Shown: positions 24,748 through 32,000 of the stretch, piece after piece
How positions within the stretch are numbered: the first letter of the stretch is position 1
Layout: the number at the start of each line of letters is the position of its first letter
Source: an uncultured Chloroflexia bacterium
Lineage (GTDB): Bacteria > Chloroflexota > Ktedonobacteria > Ktedonobacterales > JADMIN01
NCBI GenBank assembly: GCA_963718915.1
Contig: CAVRAI010000013.1
Coordinates: forward strand, 270,001 to 302,000
Length of the DNA: 32,000 nt
Direction: 5' to 3'
The notes under the pieces: generated by a model
Seen by the model: only the letters and a program-made list of their open reading frames with translations
The model's database searches: none
What the model was told of the DNA's origin: nothing
Program-made: the position numbers and the translations under genes

Positions 24748-25044
24748 ATGTTTACAGCAATCGGGCAGGTGACACTCCACCTGCCTGAGAGTAGTTCGCT
24801 CAAAGATAAGCGACAGGTGGTGCGTTCGATTTTAGCTCGCCTGCGCAACCAGTTCGAGATCGCCGCCGCCGAGGTGGATCGCCAGGATAGCTGGCAGATT
24901 GCCGTGCTTGGGCTGGCGTATGTCAGCGGCGAGGCCAGCCATGCCGAAGAAGTGATCGACCACGCCGTGCGCTACATCGAAGAGTCACGGCCCGATCTTG
25001 CCGTGACGGACGTCCAGGTGGATGTGCTACCGTTCGGCGACTGA
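24748..25044 (+). CDS. DUF503 (YlxP-like) family protein
   Basis: MFTAIGQVTLHLPESSSLKDKRQVVRSILARLRNQFEIAAAEVDRQDSWQ matches the DUF503 N-terminal pattern (..l.ip.s.SLKdKR.v...i..rlr..f.v..aEv). AAGGG lies 6 nt before ATG 24748. The tracked start 24742 has zero spacing to it. Confidence 0.75.
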   Translation: MFTAIGQVTLHLPESSSLKDKRQVVRSILARLRNQFEIAAAEVDRQDSWQIAVLGLAYVSGEASHAEEVIDHAVRYIEESRPDLAVTDVQVDVLPFGD

Positions 25045-25072
25045 AGCCGTCTAAGCATTGGCCAGGGCATGC

Positions 25073-25100
25073 ACTACCAGTGGCGCTGGTAGTAATTTCC
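25073..25100 (+). terminator. Weak terminator-like hairpin after the DUF503 gene
   Basis: An 8-bp stem pairs actaccag (25073-25080) with ctggtagt (25086-25093) around a 5-nt loop. It is followed by aaTTTcc, so the T-tract is short. Confidence 0.35.
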
Positions 25101-25102
25101 AG

Positions 25103-25132
25103 TTGCGCGCATGAAACGAACCGTGTTATACT
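25103..25132 (+). promoter_or_regulatory. Candidate promoter for rplS (TTGCGC-18 nt-TGtTATACT)
   Basis: -35 at 25103-25108. The extended -10 gTGtTATACTgg lies at 25123-25134. SD AAGGAG (25155-25160) lies 8 nt before ATG 25169. Confidence 0.5.
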
Positions 25133-25168
25133 GGGCGATGGCATTTCACGAAATAAGGAGCGCACTAC

Positions 25169-25522
25169 ATGTCAGTTACACCATTGGTTCGAGCCGTCGA
25201 AGAGGAGCATCTGCGCGCTGATGTGCCAGAGATTGCCTCGGGCGACACGGTTCGCGTGCACGTCAAAGTGGTCGAGGGTTCGCGCGAGCGCATTCAGGTC
25301 TTCGAGGGCATTGTCATTCGCCACCATGGCGAGGGGCTGAACCGCTCGTTTACCGTCCGGCGCATCGCACATGGCGTCGGCGTCGAGCGGTCGTTTCTGA
25401 TGCATTCGCCGCGCGTCGATAAGATCGAGGTCGTGCGCCACGCCGTCGTCCGGCGCAAGAATCTCTATTACATGCGCGGACTGCGCGGCAAGGCGGCCCG
25501 ACTCAAAGAGCGCCGCGTCTGA
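25169..25522 (+). CDS. rplS: 50S ribosomal protein L19
   Basis: [66 protein letters not shown] is the canonical bL19 sequence pattern. The protein is 117 aa. Confidence 0.95.
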   Translation: MSVTPLVRAVEEEHLRADVPEIASGDTVRVHVKVVEGSRERIQVFEGIVIRHHGEGLNRSFTVRRIAHGVGVERSFLMHSPRVDKIEVVRHAVVRRKNLYYMRGLRGKAARLKERRV

Positions 25523-25581
25523 GTCGCATCTGAGTCGCTCTGGTGACGCTCGCGCTCCAGCCATCGCCATTCTTCTCCGTA

Positions 25582-25630
25582 GCGGAGGCAACTGACGCCG
25601 GTCGGCCAGCCTCCGCATTGTTGCGTTGCC
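25582..25630 (+). terminator. Candidate terminator after rplS
   Basis: An 8-bp GC-rich stem pairs gcggaggc (25582-25589) with gcctccgc (25609-25616) around a 19-nt loop. It is followed by aTTgTTgcgTTg. Confidence 0.4.
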
Positions 25631-25732
25631 ACCCTTCTCATACCTCTTCGCACACATGCCCGTAGTCAGGTACACTCGTACGCAGAGCGGGACGAGCCGC
25701 CTGCCATCATCATCTGCCTGTTGGAGCGCCAA

Positions 25733-26479
25733 ATGAGTCTGAGGCCCGCACCTAAGCCTACGCCACTGGAAGCCAGAGCGATATCTCGACCTATCCTTCA
25801 GCCCACCCTGCTGGACGCGCCAACCATGCCGCTACGCCGCTGCGGACTCGACGAGGTGGGGCGTGGCGCGCTAGCAGGTCCGCTGGTTGCGGCGGCGGTC
25901 ATCCTGCCCGACGATATTGCCGACCGACTCGGCGCGCTCGCCCGCTTTCTGCGTGACTCGAAGACCGTCCCCCGCGCCCGCCGCGAAGACCTTGCCATCG
26001 CCATTCGCGCCCACGCCCTCGCGCTAGAGGTCGTGAGCATCCCCGTTGACGACATTAATCAGCACGGCATCGGCTGGGCCAATCGTGAGGCGTTTCGACG
26101 CCTGATCACCGCACTCGACGCCGACGAATATATCGTTGACGGGCGCGTGCGCCCACCCGCGCCACCAGATCGTATCGCGCGCGTGCGCTGCCTCGTGAAG
26201 GCTGATGCGCTTGTACCAGCGGTTGCGGCGGCATCGCTGGTGGCGAAGGTATATCGCGACACTATGATGGCGACGCTTCATTGCGCCTATCCCGCCTATG
26301 GCTGGAATACCAATGCTGGCTACGGCGCCGCCGCCCATCTAGCGGCGCTCCGGGTAACCGGCGCCTGCCCGGAGCATCGCGCGGTGTTCGTGGCGACGGC
26401 GCTCAGCGGCGGACAACGCGCCCGCAATGCGAGTAAAGCCAGCAAGCACGACGTGGAACCGACGCGCCTGCTGGAGTAA
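25733..26479 (+). CDS. rnhB: Ribonuclease HII
   Basis: Has the catalytic block CGLDEVGRGALAGPLVAAAV, then DSKTV...R and GYGAAAHLAAL. The tracked start is TTG 25721. ATG 25733 has GGAG 6 nt upstream. A later ATG (MPLRRCGLDEVGRG) cannot be excluded. Confidence 0.85.
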   Translation: MSLRPAPKPTPLEARAISRPILQPTLLDAPTMPLRRCGLDEVGRGALAGPLVAAAVILPDDIADRLGALARFLRDSKTVPRARREDLAIAIRAHALALEVVSIPVDDINQHGIGWANREAFRRLITALDADEYIVDGRVRPPAPPDRIARVRCLVKADALVPAVAAASLVAKVYRDTMMATLHCAYPAYGWNTNAGYGAAAHLAALRVTGACPEHRAVFVATALSGGQRARNASKASKHDVEPTRLLE

Positions 26480-26490
26480 CATAGGTCAGG

Positions 26491-27159
26491 TCACTTCAGT
26501 TCTTCGATCTGGAAGGTCCATGGCCCTTCACTATTGACGTCCAGATAGAACGTCCCAGAGCTGTACTCGTTCGTCTCGCCAGTGATGGACGACGGATCGT
26601 TGGTCATACAAATAACATTGACGACGCTGTCGCCGAAGTCATCGCCAGGCGCAGTAAGGTCGGCAATGAGATTATACTGGAATCCATAGGCCTTCGGATT
26701 GCACGACCAGGCGATTTTCCAGTGGTCAGAGTTCACTGTGAACGGTTCAGTCTTTTGAATGCCATTCCCCTTGAAGGTATGCGTCACCACCCATTTGGGT
26801 TGCGGTGTCGCGGTGGCTGTTGGCTTCGGGGTAGCCGTGGGCAGCGGTGTACCCGCGTGCACGTTTCCTTGCTGGTGAGTAGCGGTCGGCGAGGCGCCCG
26901 AGTTTGCCGAGGTCGATCCATTTGACAAAATCGCGCTGAGCAGACCACCGCACATACATAGCACCAGCAGCACCCCGCAGCCGATGCCACCGCCGATGAG
27001 CAGCTTCTTGCGGTTCGACGACGGCGGAGTAGGGGCGCCGGGAGCGGGTGATGGCATTGCGAATGGTGGCGCTGCGGTTGGAGCGCCAAATGGGAGCGGA
27101 GTTGGTGGGGTCTGCTGAGACGACTGCTGTGGGTCAGGGGTGGTAGGATATCCCTGCAT
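26491..27159 (-). CDS. Hypothetical bitopic membrane protein (Pro-rich N-terminus, one TM segment, ~110-aa C-terminal ectodomain)
   Basis: ORF 26491..27231. SD GAAGGAAG lies 3 nt before ATG 27159, giving MQGYPTTPDPQQSSQQTPPTPLPFGAPTAAPPF. The TM segment is LLIGGGIGCGVLLVLCMCGGLLSAIL. A Thr/Pro linker follows, then a beta-rich domain ending GTFYLDVNSEGPWTFQIEELK. No family recognised. Confidence 0.6.
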   Translation of the reverse strand: MQGYPTTPDPQQSSQQTPPTPLPFGAPTAAPPFAMPSPAPGAPTPPSSNRKKLLIGGGIGCGVLLVLCMCGGLLSAILSNGSTSANSGASPTATHQQGNVHAGTPLPTATPKPTATATPQPKWVVTHTFKGNGIQKTEPFTVNSDHWKIAWSCNPKAYGFQYNLIADLTAPGDDFGDSVVNVICMTNDPSSITGETNEYSSGTFYLDVNSEGPWTFQIEELK

Positions 27160-27407
27160 GCACTTCCTTCTTTCGCGATGACCGCGGAGAGCGCAAGACA
27201 GCGCCGCATCGGCGGTGCGATCTCGCAACATGGGCAGTCACATTTCTGCCACAACATCTCCATACAGCAGGCTGACGCCCCACCGGAAATCAGCCGACGC
27301 GAATTGCTGAATATTCGCTACGATACGGTTAGATCGTGAATCGCTACCCAATTCCGAATAAACGATGCCATGGTGAGGGGATGGCGCAAGACAAGGAGGG
27401 ATATTAC

Positions 27408-27854
27408 ATGCAAAAACCGACCGAGGCATTTCGCCAGCGATTGGCCGAGGCGTTCGAGCAGATTCCGCTGGGGAAAGCGTTCACCTGGCGACGCACTTTT
27501 ACCGAGGCCGATGTGACGCTGTTCTGTGGCATTACGGGCGACCTCAACCCATATCACCAGGATGAACTGTTCGCCCGTGAAAGCTGGTACGGCAGGCGGA
27601 TTGTGCCCGGCCTTCTCACCGCCAGCATGATTACCCACATCGGGGGGATGGTGGGCTTCCTGGCGACCGAGATGACCTTTGAGTTTCTGGCCCCTGTCTT
27701 CCCTGGCGATACAATCACCTGCACTGTCGAGTTCGGCGACCGCGACGTGGTCTTCAGGCGGATGACAGGCAGCGCACGTTTCGAGAACCAGGACGGCGCT
27801 GAGGTGCTGCGAGCGCGCTTCAGCGGCTTTCCAGCGCAGGTACGCCTCGCATGA
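27408..27854 (+). CDS. MaoC-like (R)-specific enoyl-CoA hydratase/dehydratase (hotdog fold)
   Basis: FTEADVTLFCGITGDLNPYHQDELFARESWYGRRIVPGLLTASMI is the MaoC dehydratase motif. SD AAGGAGGG lies 7 nt before ATG 27408 (tracked ORF starts at 27336). Confidence 0.8.
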   Translation: MQKPTEAFRQRLAEAFEQIPLGKAFTWRRTFTEADVTLFCGITGDLNPYHQDELFARESWYGRRIVPGLLTASMITHIGGMVGFLATEMTFEFLAPVFPGDTITCTVEFGDRDVVFRRMTGSARFENQDGAEVLRARFSGFPAQVRLA

Positions 27855-27959
27855 TAACCCATGATAATGGAGAAATGGGTGGGGATAACACACGGCTCCT
27901 TTCCTTCCTGACAGGCGCAAAAGAAAGGAGCCATAACCGACACATGCCGCCAGGTAGGG

Positions 27960-28316
27960 CTAGCGCTGTGGCTGCGCGACAGAGACGGCGGTGCCGTAGC
28001 AAAGTACTTCCGTGACACCCTGTCCGATCTCAGTCGCGTCATAGCGCACGCCGATAACCCCATTCGCGCCGATCTCAGCGGCGTGCCGAATCATCAACTC
28101 ATAGGCGTCCACACGTGCGCGCTCGCAGAGTTCGGTATAGATGGAGATGTTGCCACCGACGATTTGCTGGAATGCCGCGCCGATATTGCCGACGACGCTG
28201 CGTGACCGGACGATAATGCCCCGCACCAACCCGTAGTTACGTACGATTGTAAGGCCTGGCAACTCGAACGCCGACGTGACGAGCGAATGATCGAACGCTA
28301 GCGCCTTCTGACTCAT
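27960..28316 (-). CDS. YbjQ/UPF0145 (DUF74) family protein
   Basis: From ATG 28316 (SD AAGGGAG 6 nt upstream) it reads MSQKALAFDHSLVTSAFELPGLTIVRNYGLVRGIIVRSRSVVGNIGAAFQQIVGGNISIYTELCERARVDAYELMIRHAAEIGANGVIGVRYD. This is the typical YbjQ pattern. Confidence 0.8.
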   Translation of the reverse strand: MSQKALAFDHSLVTSAFELPGLTIVRNYGLVRGIIVRSRSVVGNIGAAFQQIVGGNISIYTELCERARVDAYELMIRHAAEIGANGVIGVRYDATEIGQGVTEVLCYGTAVSVAQPQR

Positions 28317-28451
28317 CGAAAGCTCCCTTTTCCGCGGAACCCAACGACGGGCGGCACACGTCGCCGCACGCAACAACTCATCAGGTACCGCAAAGGATAC
28401 GCGCGCGATGGAAGGAGGTTGCAGAGCATAAGAGGTATGGTATCGCTGACT

Positions 28452-28694
28452 TCAGGAGTCGTTCCGCTTCTCGCCCCACAGGCGGCGCGAGACGTAGCCG
28501 CCAAGGTAATAGCCGAGGCCACCGAGCAGCACCGTGGCGCCAAGCCAGACCGCCGTGGCGACATTGACGCCGTTACTGTTACGCATTACTTGAATGACGA
28601 CGACAGCGGCAATCAGGCCCAACAGCAGCCCCCCGGTCAGGCCAAGCGTGCATCCGACATGCGCCAGGTTGCGTCCGCGCAATTGATCGAGCAT
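28452..28694 (-). CDS. Small hypothetical membrane protein (two predicted TM helices)
   Basis: 80 aa. It has two hydrophobic stretches, GCTLGLTGGLLLGLIAAVVVIQV and VATAVWLGATVLLGGLGYYLGGYV. Third codon positions are mostly G or C by my count, unlike the overlapping plus-strand ORF. GGAGA lies 4 nt before the ATG. Confidence 0.5.
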   Translation of the reverse strand: MLDQLRGRNLAHVGCTLGLTGGLLLGLIAAVVVIQVMRNSNGVNVATAVWLGATVLLGGLGYYLGGYVSRRLWGEKRNDS

Positions 28695-28811
28695 AGTATC
28701 TCCAATGCGAGATAGTGGCGAGGTATTCCAATGGGGTTATAACAGTGCGAGCGTCATGGCGTCAATGCGATATATTCGCGCGGCGCCTCCTCGACAAGGA
28801 GAACAACACGT

Positions 28812-29405
28812 ATGGCTGAACTGACCTATGACGACCTGACAGCGCTCAGGCAGCGGATCCTCAGCGGTGAATTGACCATCGAGCAAGCCGGTTCGCAGTA
28901 TTCGCTAGGCGAACTGGCGGAGGCGCTGCGGATGACCCGCGCGACGGCACAGGCGCTGGTGGAAGGCTGGTCGGAGGAACAACTGATCTGGCAGCCACCA
29001 GCCGTCCAGAGTCAGGCTCCCGCGAACGGCGAAGATCGCTGGTCGGCAACTGAAGCCGCTACCCATTTGATCGCCACCGAGAATTGGTATCTGTTGCATA
29101 TGGGGCGGCTCGTGGGCAAACGCGAACAGTTCGCCGTCATGCCGCGCGGCCTGGGTGACCACGCCGACAATAGCGTGCCAAAAGATACACTGGCCACCGC
29201 AATGAACGCTGCCACCGAGCGGATACTGGCTGATATCGCCGCCATTCCCGCGGACGCCGACCTGACGGCGCGACGCGATTCCACCTACTTTGGCGAGCTG
29301 AGTCTGCGCGGGTGGGTCATGCTGGCTATCGTCCACGATCTCGACCACACAGCGCAGATGCAGCGGCTCACCGAACAGCCTGGATTCCCAGCAAGCGAAC
29401 AGTGA
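28812..29405 (+). CDS. DinB-family (DinB_2/YfiT-like) metal-dependent protein
   Basis: Has a four-helix-bundle-type pattern with conserved His positions (ATHLIATENWYLLHMGRL and IVHDLDHTAQMQRL). SD AAGGAGA lies 9 nt before the ATG. Confidence 0.6.
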   Translation: MAELTYDDLTALRQRILSGELTIEQAGSQYSLGELAEALRMTRATAQALVEGWSEEQLIWQPPAVQSQAPANGEDRWSATEAATHLIATENWYLLHMGRLVGKREQFAVMPRGLGDHADNSVPKDTLATAMNAATERILADIAAIPADADLTARRDSTYFGELSLRGWVMLAIVHDLDHTAQMQRLTEQPGFPASEQ

Positions 29406-29415
29406 CAGCTACCAC

Positions 29416-29465
29416 AAACCGACCAGTGCCAACGCTTCGTGCGACTACCTGGTCGGTTTTCTCTA
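29416..29465 (+). terminator. Candidate terminator after the DinB-family gene (partly bidirectional with rpsU)
   Basis: An 11-bp stem pairs aaaccgaccag (29416-29426) with ctggtcggttt (29449-29459) around a 22-nt loop. It runs into TTTTcTcT. Confidence 0.5.
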
Positions 29466-29518
29466 TCGATATGCGAGGCGTGCGAACAACGCGTCGTGGC
29501 TACCGAGCGCTCAGAAGC

Positions 29519-29725
29519 CTAGTAGCCCATCGCAGCGGCCTTGGCGCGGGCCTTGCGGGCCTTGCGCTCGCGCGCGTCTGCTTTGCGCTTCCGCTTGACA
29601 CTGGGCGGCTCATAGTGCTGGCGGCGTTTCGCCTCCGAGAGCAGGCCGTCCTGCTGCACCTTGCGTGTAAACTTCTTCAGGGCCTGGTCGAACGACTCGC
29701 CCTCTTTGATCAAAACCTCAGTCAC
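29519..29725 (-). CDS. rpsU: 30S ribosomal protein S21
   Basis: MTEVLIKEGESFDQALKKFTRKVQQDGLLSEAKRRQHYEPPSVKRKRKADARERKARKARAKAA is the canonical bS21 pattern. It has a GTG start with only a weak AGG upstream. Confidence 0.9.
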   Translation of the reverse strand: MTEVLIKEGESFDQALKKFTRKVQQDGLLSEAKRRQHYEPPSVKRKRKADARERKARKARAKAAAMGY

Positions 29726-29777
29726 TCTTGTACCTGTTGCCTGGATGGAGACACAGACCTCTCATCCAGTCTCCTTT
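29718..29777 (-). promoter_or_regulatory. Candidate rpsU leader: strong SD plus a 15-codon uORF overlapping the rpsU start
   Basis: The minus strand reads AAAGGAGactggATGagaggtctgtgtctccatccaggcaacaggtacaagaGTGacTGA. The uORF is MRGLCLHPGNRYKSD (29765..29718). Its TGA overlaps codons 2-3 of rpsU. Confidence 0.3.
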
Positions 29778-29910
29778 CTTCGCGTTAGAAATCCGCTTTG
29801 TCGGTTCTCTCGTGGTAGGCGCATTTCCCTCTTTAGCGAGGATGCATCCTAACCCCGTCAAGTACATAGCATACCACATCGTTGCTCATTTGGCATCCCC
29901 TTGTTTCGGC

Positions 29911-30567
29911 CTATTCAGGGATTTTCGGCTCTTTCGCGTCAGCCACTGCCTGAGCAACTTTGCGCCCAGAAGCCCAACGACTGCCTGCCAGCACAAATCG
30001 CCACGGCCAGTCGGCGGCCTGCGTGATGCCGATACGCGGCGTCGCCACGACAGGCGCATCTGGCGGGAAACCAGGCGTTTCCGTAAGCCAGAGCGCGTCC
30101 TCCTGCAAATCCAGCCCATTGTCCGCGATGGTAAGCGCCAACGCGGCGCATAGTCGGCCTGGCCCGCGCGCCAGATCGCGTTCGGCCATCCGCTCCCCCC
30201 GACGGGCACGCATCAGCGGCAGCCCCACCGTCGGCTCCAGCGCGCGAAGCAACACTGCGGCGGCCACATCGTCTTCTTCGGTCACCACGTTGAGGCAGAA
30301 GTGCATGCCATAGGTGAAATAGACATAGGCATGTCCTGGCGGCCCAAACATCACGGCATTGCGTGGCGTCTTACCCCGGTAGCCGTGCGCCGCTGGATCG
30401 ATTGCGGCGACATACGCCTCCGTCTCGACAATGATTCCAGCAGTCACGCCATCTCGCGTCTGACGGTAGAGCGTCTTGCCGATGAGATCGCGGGCAACAT
30501 CCAGTGTTTGGCGCGCATAGAAAGCGCGGGGCAATTTGAGATGGTTGTCAGCCGAGATGTCTGTCAC
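29911..30567 (-). CDS. mpg: DNA-3-methyladenine glycosylase (Mpg/AAG family)
   Basis: LPRAFYARQTLDVARDLIGKTL...GIIVETEAYVAAIDPAAHGYRGKTPRNAVMFGPPGHAYVYFTYGMHFCLNVV shows the hallmark blocks of the AAG/Mpg family. GTG start at 30567. Confidence 0.9.
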   Translation of the reverse strand: MTDISADNHLKLPRAFYARQTLDVARDLIGKTLYRQTRDGVTAGIIVETEAYVAAIDPAAHGYRGKTPRNAVMFGPPGHAYVYFTYGMHFCLNVVTEEDDVAAAVLLRALEPTVGLPLMRARRGERMAERDLARGPGRLCAALALTIADNGLDLQEDALWLTETPGFPPDAPVVATPRIGITQAADWPWRFVLAGSRWASGRKVAQAVADAKEPKIPE

Positions 30568-30878
30568 TGGGCGTACCTTGATGGATGCATGGATGGATTG
30601 CGGTCACGGCCAGGCTGCCGTGCACTGCACATCGTACGGAAACCGGCTGTCCGGTGCAAGGGTTACAGACAACCTGGATATTCCTATGGATGGTGCGCCA
30701 ACGATCTCCGCGACCTTTGGCGATATCACGCGTTAGTACGCAAGCAACTCATTACGCTCGAATCCACCTCAGTCGCATAGCGCTTTCATCCTCATAATCC
30801 ATCATAATGATGTACACTATCCGGCAGGGTGTGCGCCGGAGACACACCTAATCAGAGCAATCGCACCGAGGAGATTCT

Positions 30879-32000
30879 ATGCAGACGCGACCCAAACGCA
30901 GCGATGTAAAGACCGAAGATACCTGGGAACTGGAAACGATCTATCCCGCCAATGACGTATGGGAGGCCGATTTCCAGCGAGTAAGCGCCATGCAGCCCAG
31001 GCTGGGCGAACATCAGGGCCACATGGGCGACTCCGCGCAAAGCCTGTTCGAAGCGCTCAAACGGCGCGACGAGGCGGGCGAAATTCTGGGGCACCTCTTC
31101 GTCTACGCATACATGCGCCTGCATCAGGACAGCACCGATAACACCTATCAGGCGATGGCCGACCGCGTGACCACTCTGGCGAATGATATCAACACCGCGA
31201 CCGCCTACCAGACACCAGAGATTCTGGCGATCACGCAGAGTCGCCTCGACGCCTTCTTGCAGGAGGAACCAGGGTTACAGGTGTATCGTCAGGCGTTGGA
31301 CGAGATCACCCGCGAGCGACCGCACATACTCTCGGCTGAGATGGAAGCGCTGCTGGCGCAGGCGGCTGAGGTGGGCAACGCGCCGGAGCGTATCTACGAG
31401 ATGTTCAGCACGGCTGACCTGAAACTGCCGTCGGTGCGCGACGCCGAGGGGAACGAGGTGCAACTGACGCAGGGCAACTTCGTCTCACACTTCCTCGAAG
31501 GTCGCGATCGCGATGTACGCAGCAGCGCCTTCGAGGCGATGTTTGGCGCGTATCAGTCCTACCGCAACACGATGGCGGCGCTGCTGAGCGCGCAGGTCAA
31601 GCGCAACATCTTCTTCGCCCGCGCGCGCAAATACGAAAGCTCGCTCCATGCCGCGCTGGATCCGTCGAATATTCCGGTGAGCGTCTATGACAATCTGATT
31701 GCCACCGTCAACAACAACCTTCCAGTGCTTCACCGCTATCTGCGTCTGCGCAAGAAGCTACTTGGGCTGGACGACCTGCACATGTATGATCTGTATGTGC
31801 CGATGGTGCCGGAGGTCGAGTATAAGGTCAGTTACAGTGAGGCGCAGCAGCAGGTGGCACAGGCGCTCGCGCCGCTTGGCGAGGCGTATGTGGCGGCCGT
31901 GCGGCAGGGGATGTCGTCGCGCTGGATCGATGTCTATGAGAACGAGGGCAAGCGCTCAGGCGCATATAGCTGGGGTAGCTATGGCACGAATCCCTTCATG
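30879..32000 (+). CDS. pepF: Oligoendopeptidase F (M3B family), N-terminal 374 codons; continues beyond the window
   Basis: Not in the ORF track because there is no stop in the window. SD GAGGAG lies 5 nt before ATG 30879. My translation is MQTRPKRSDVKTEDTWELETIYPANDVWEADFQRV...LLAQAAEVGNAPERIYEMFSTADLKLP...FEAMFGAYQSYRNTMAALLSAQVKRNIFFARARKYESSLHAALDPSNIPVSVYDNLI...YENEGKRSGAYSWGSYGTNPFM. This is the typical PepF N-terminal and middle region. The HExxH motif would lie downstream. Confidence 0.8.
   Translation, partial: MQTRPKRSDVKTEDTWELETIYPANDVWEADFQRVSAMQPRLGEHQGHMGDSAQSLFEALKRRDEAGEILGHLFVYAYMRLHQDSTDNTYQAMADRVTTLANDINTATAYQTPEILAITQSRLDAFLQEEPGLQVYRQALDEITRERPHILSAEMEALLAQAAEVGNAPERIYEMFSTADLKLPSVRDAEGNEVQLTQGNFVSHFLEGRDRDVRSSAFEAMFGAYQSYRNTMAALLSAQVKRNIFFARARKYESSLHAALDPSNIPVSVYDNLIATVNNNLPVLHRYLRLRKKLLGLDDLHMYDLYVPMVPEVEYKVSYSEAQQQVAQALAPLGEAYVAAVRQGMSSRWIDVYENEGKRSGAYSWGSYGTNPFM

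Noticed and set aside
28419-28715. Plus-strand ORF of 98 aa overlapping the small membrane-protein ORF.
   Set aside because: The minus-strand frame has strong G/C bias at third codon positions, two clean hydrophobic helices and an SD-like GGAGA. The plus-strand product is featureless.
29839-29850. Perfect 12-bp palindrome aggatgcatcct upstream of rpsU, within a TTGACG-containing region.
   Set aside because: Roughly 32000 x (1/4)^6, or about 8, such palindromes are expected by chance in a window this size. There is no second copy or other supporting context.
30568-30878. Unusually long (311 bp) non-coding spacer between mpg and pepF. It has an AT-rich stretch with duplicated CATAAT and a ggtgtg/cacacc hairpin (around 30816-30848). 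I considered an sRNA, riboswitch or tRNA.
   Set aside because: I could find no cloverleaf-compatible arms, no recognisable riboswitch core and no terminator. The spacer most simply holds two divergent promoters. RNA-seq or an Rfam scan could revisit this.
1-32000. Window-wide scan for CRISPR-type spaced direct repeats, rRNA/tRNA genes, transposase/integrase/recombinase genes, toxin-antitoxin pairs and known defence-system enzymes.
   Set aside because: None seen. The only repeats are short in-frame tandem repeats of 9-12 bp and short inverted repeats. Every ORF longer than 150 aa that is not antisense to a recognised gene has either a housekeeping-type assignment or is listed above as uncharacterised.

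Overview
This is a high-G+C bacterial chromosomal segment. Hand-counted 60-nt lines inside plsY and pgsA give 68% and 78% G+C. It is densely coded on both strands, with about 30 protein genes. I could not recognise any rRNA, tRNA, CRISPR array, transposase, integrase or phage gene. Most of the window is housekeeping: purL, purC, plsY, pgsA, holA, rplS, rpsU, rnhB, mpg and pepF (3' partial). It also holds an RluA-family pseudouridine synthase, a ROK sugar kinase, a PIG-L deacetylase, DedA and EamA membrane proteins, a 1-Cys peroxiredoxin, a MaoC hotdog protein, and YbjQ, DinB and DUF503 proteins. Stand-outs follow. (1) A plus-strand cluster at about 12.4-17.5 kb is the best candidate for an undescribed system, though only by inference. 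It encodes an FHA/double-zinc-ribbon protein and a 76-aa polyanionic protein with its own promoter-like and terminator-like signals. It then encodes two tandem paralogous large proteins. The first carries a SWIM zinc finger. Both end in a module that looks like the XPB/Ssl2 N-terminal (damage-recognition) domain, yet no helicase or ATPase is present. (2) A ~1.5-kb low-G+C insertion carrying an orphan lipoprotein gene sits between plsY and pgsA. (3) The nnr gene has a frameshift. (4) A secreted protein is built of six repeats with a W-G-T-D-x-x-H-x-L-N motif. (5) An over-long PCMT-type methyltransferase overlaps the 3' end of purL and runs off the left edge. (6) A peroxiredoxin and a GRDB-family CxxC protein form a bicistron. 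(7) A strong-SD uORF overlaps the GTG start of rpsU. All family assignments come from motifs read by eye in the supplied translations. No database search was possible.
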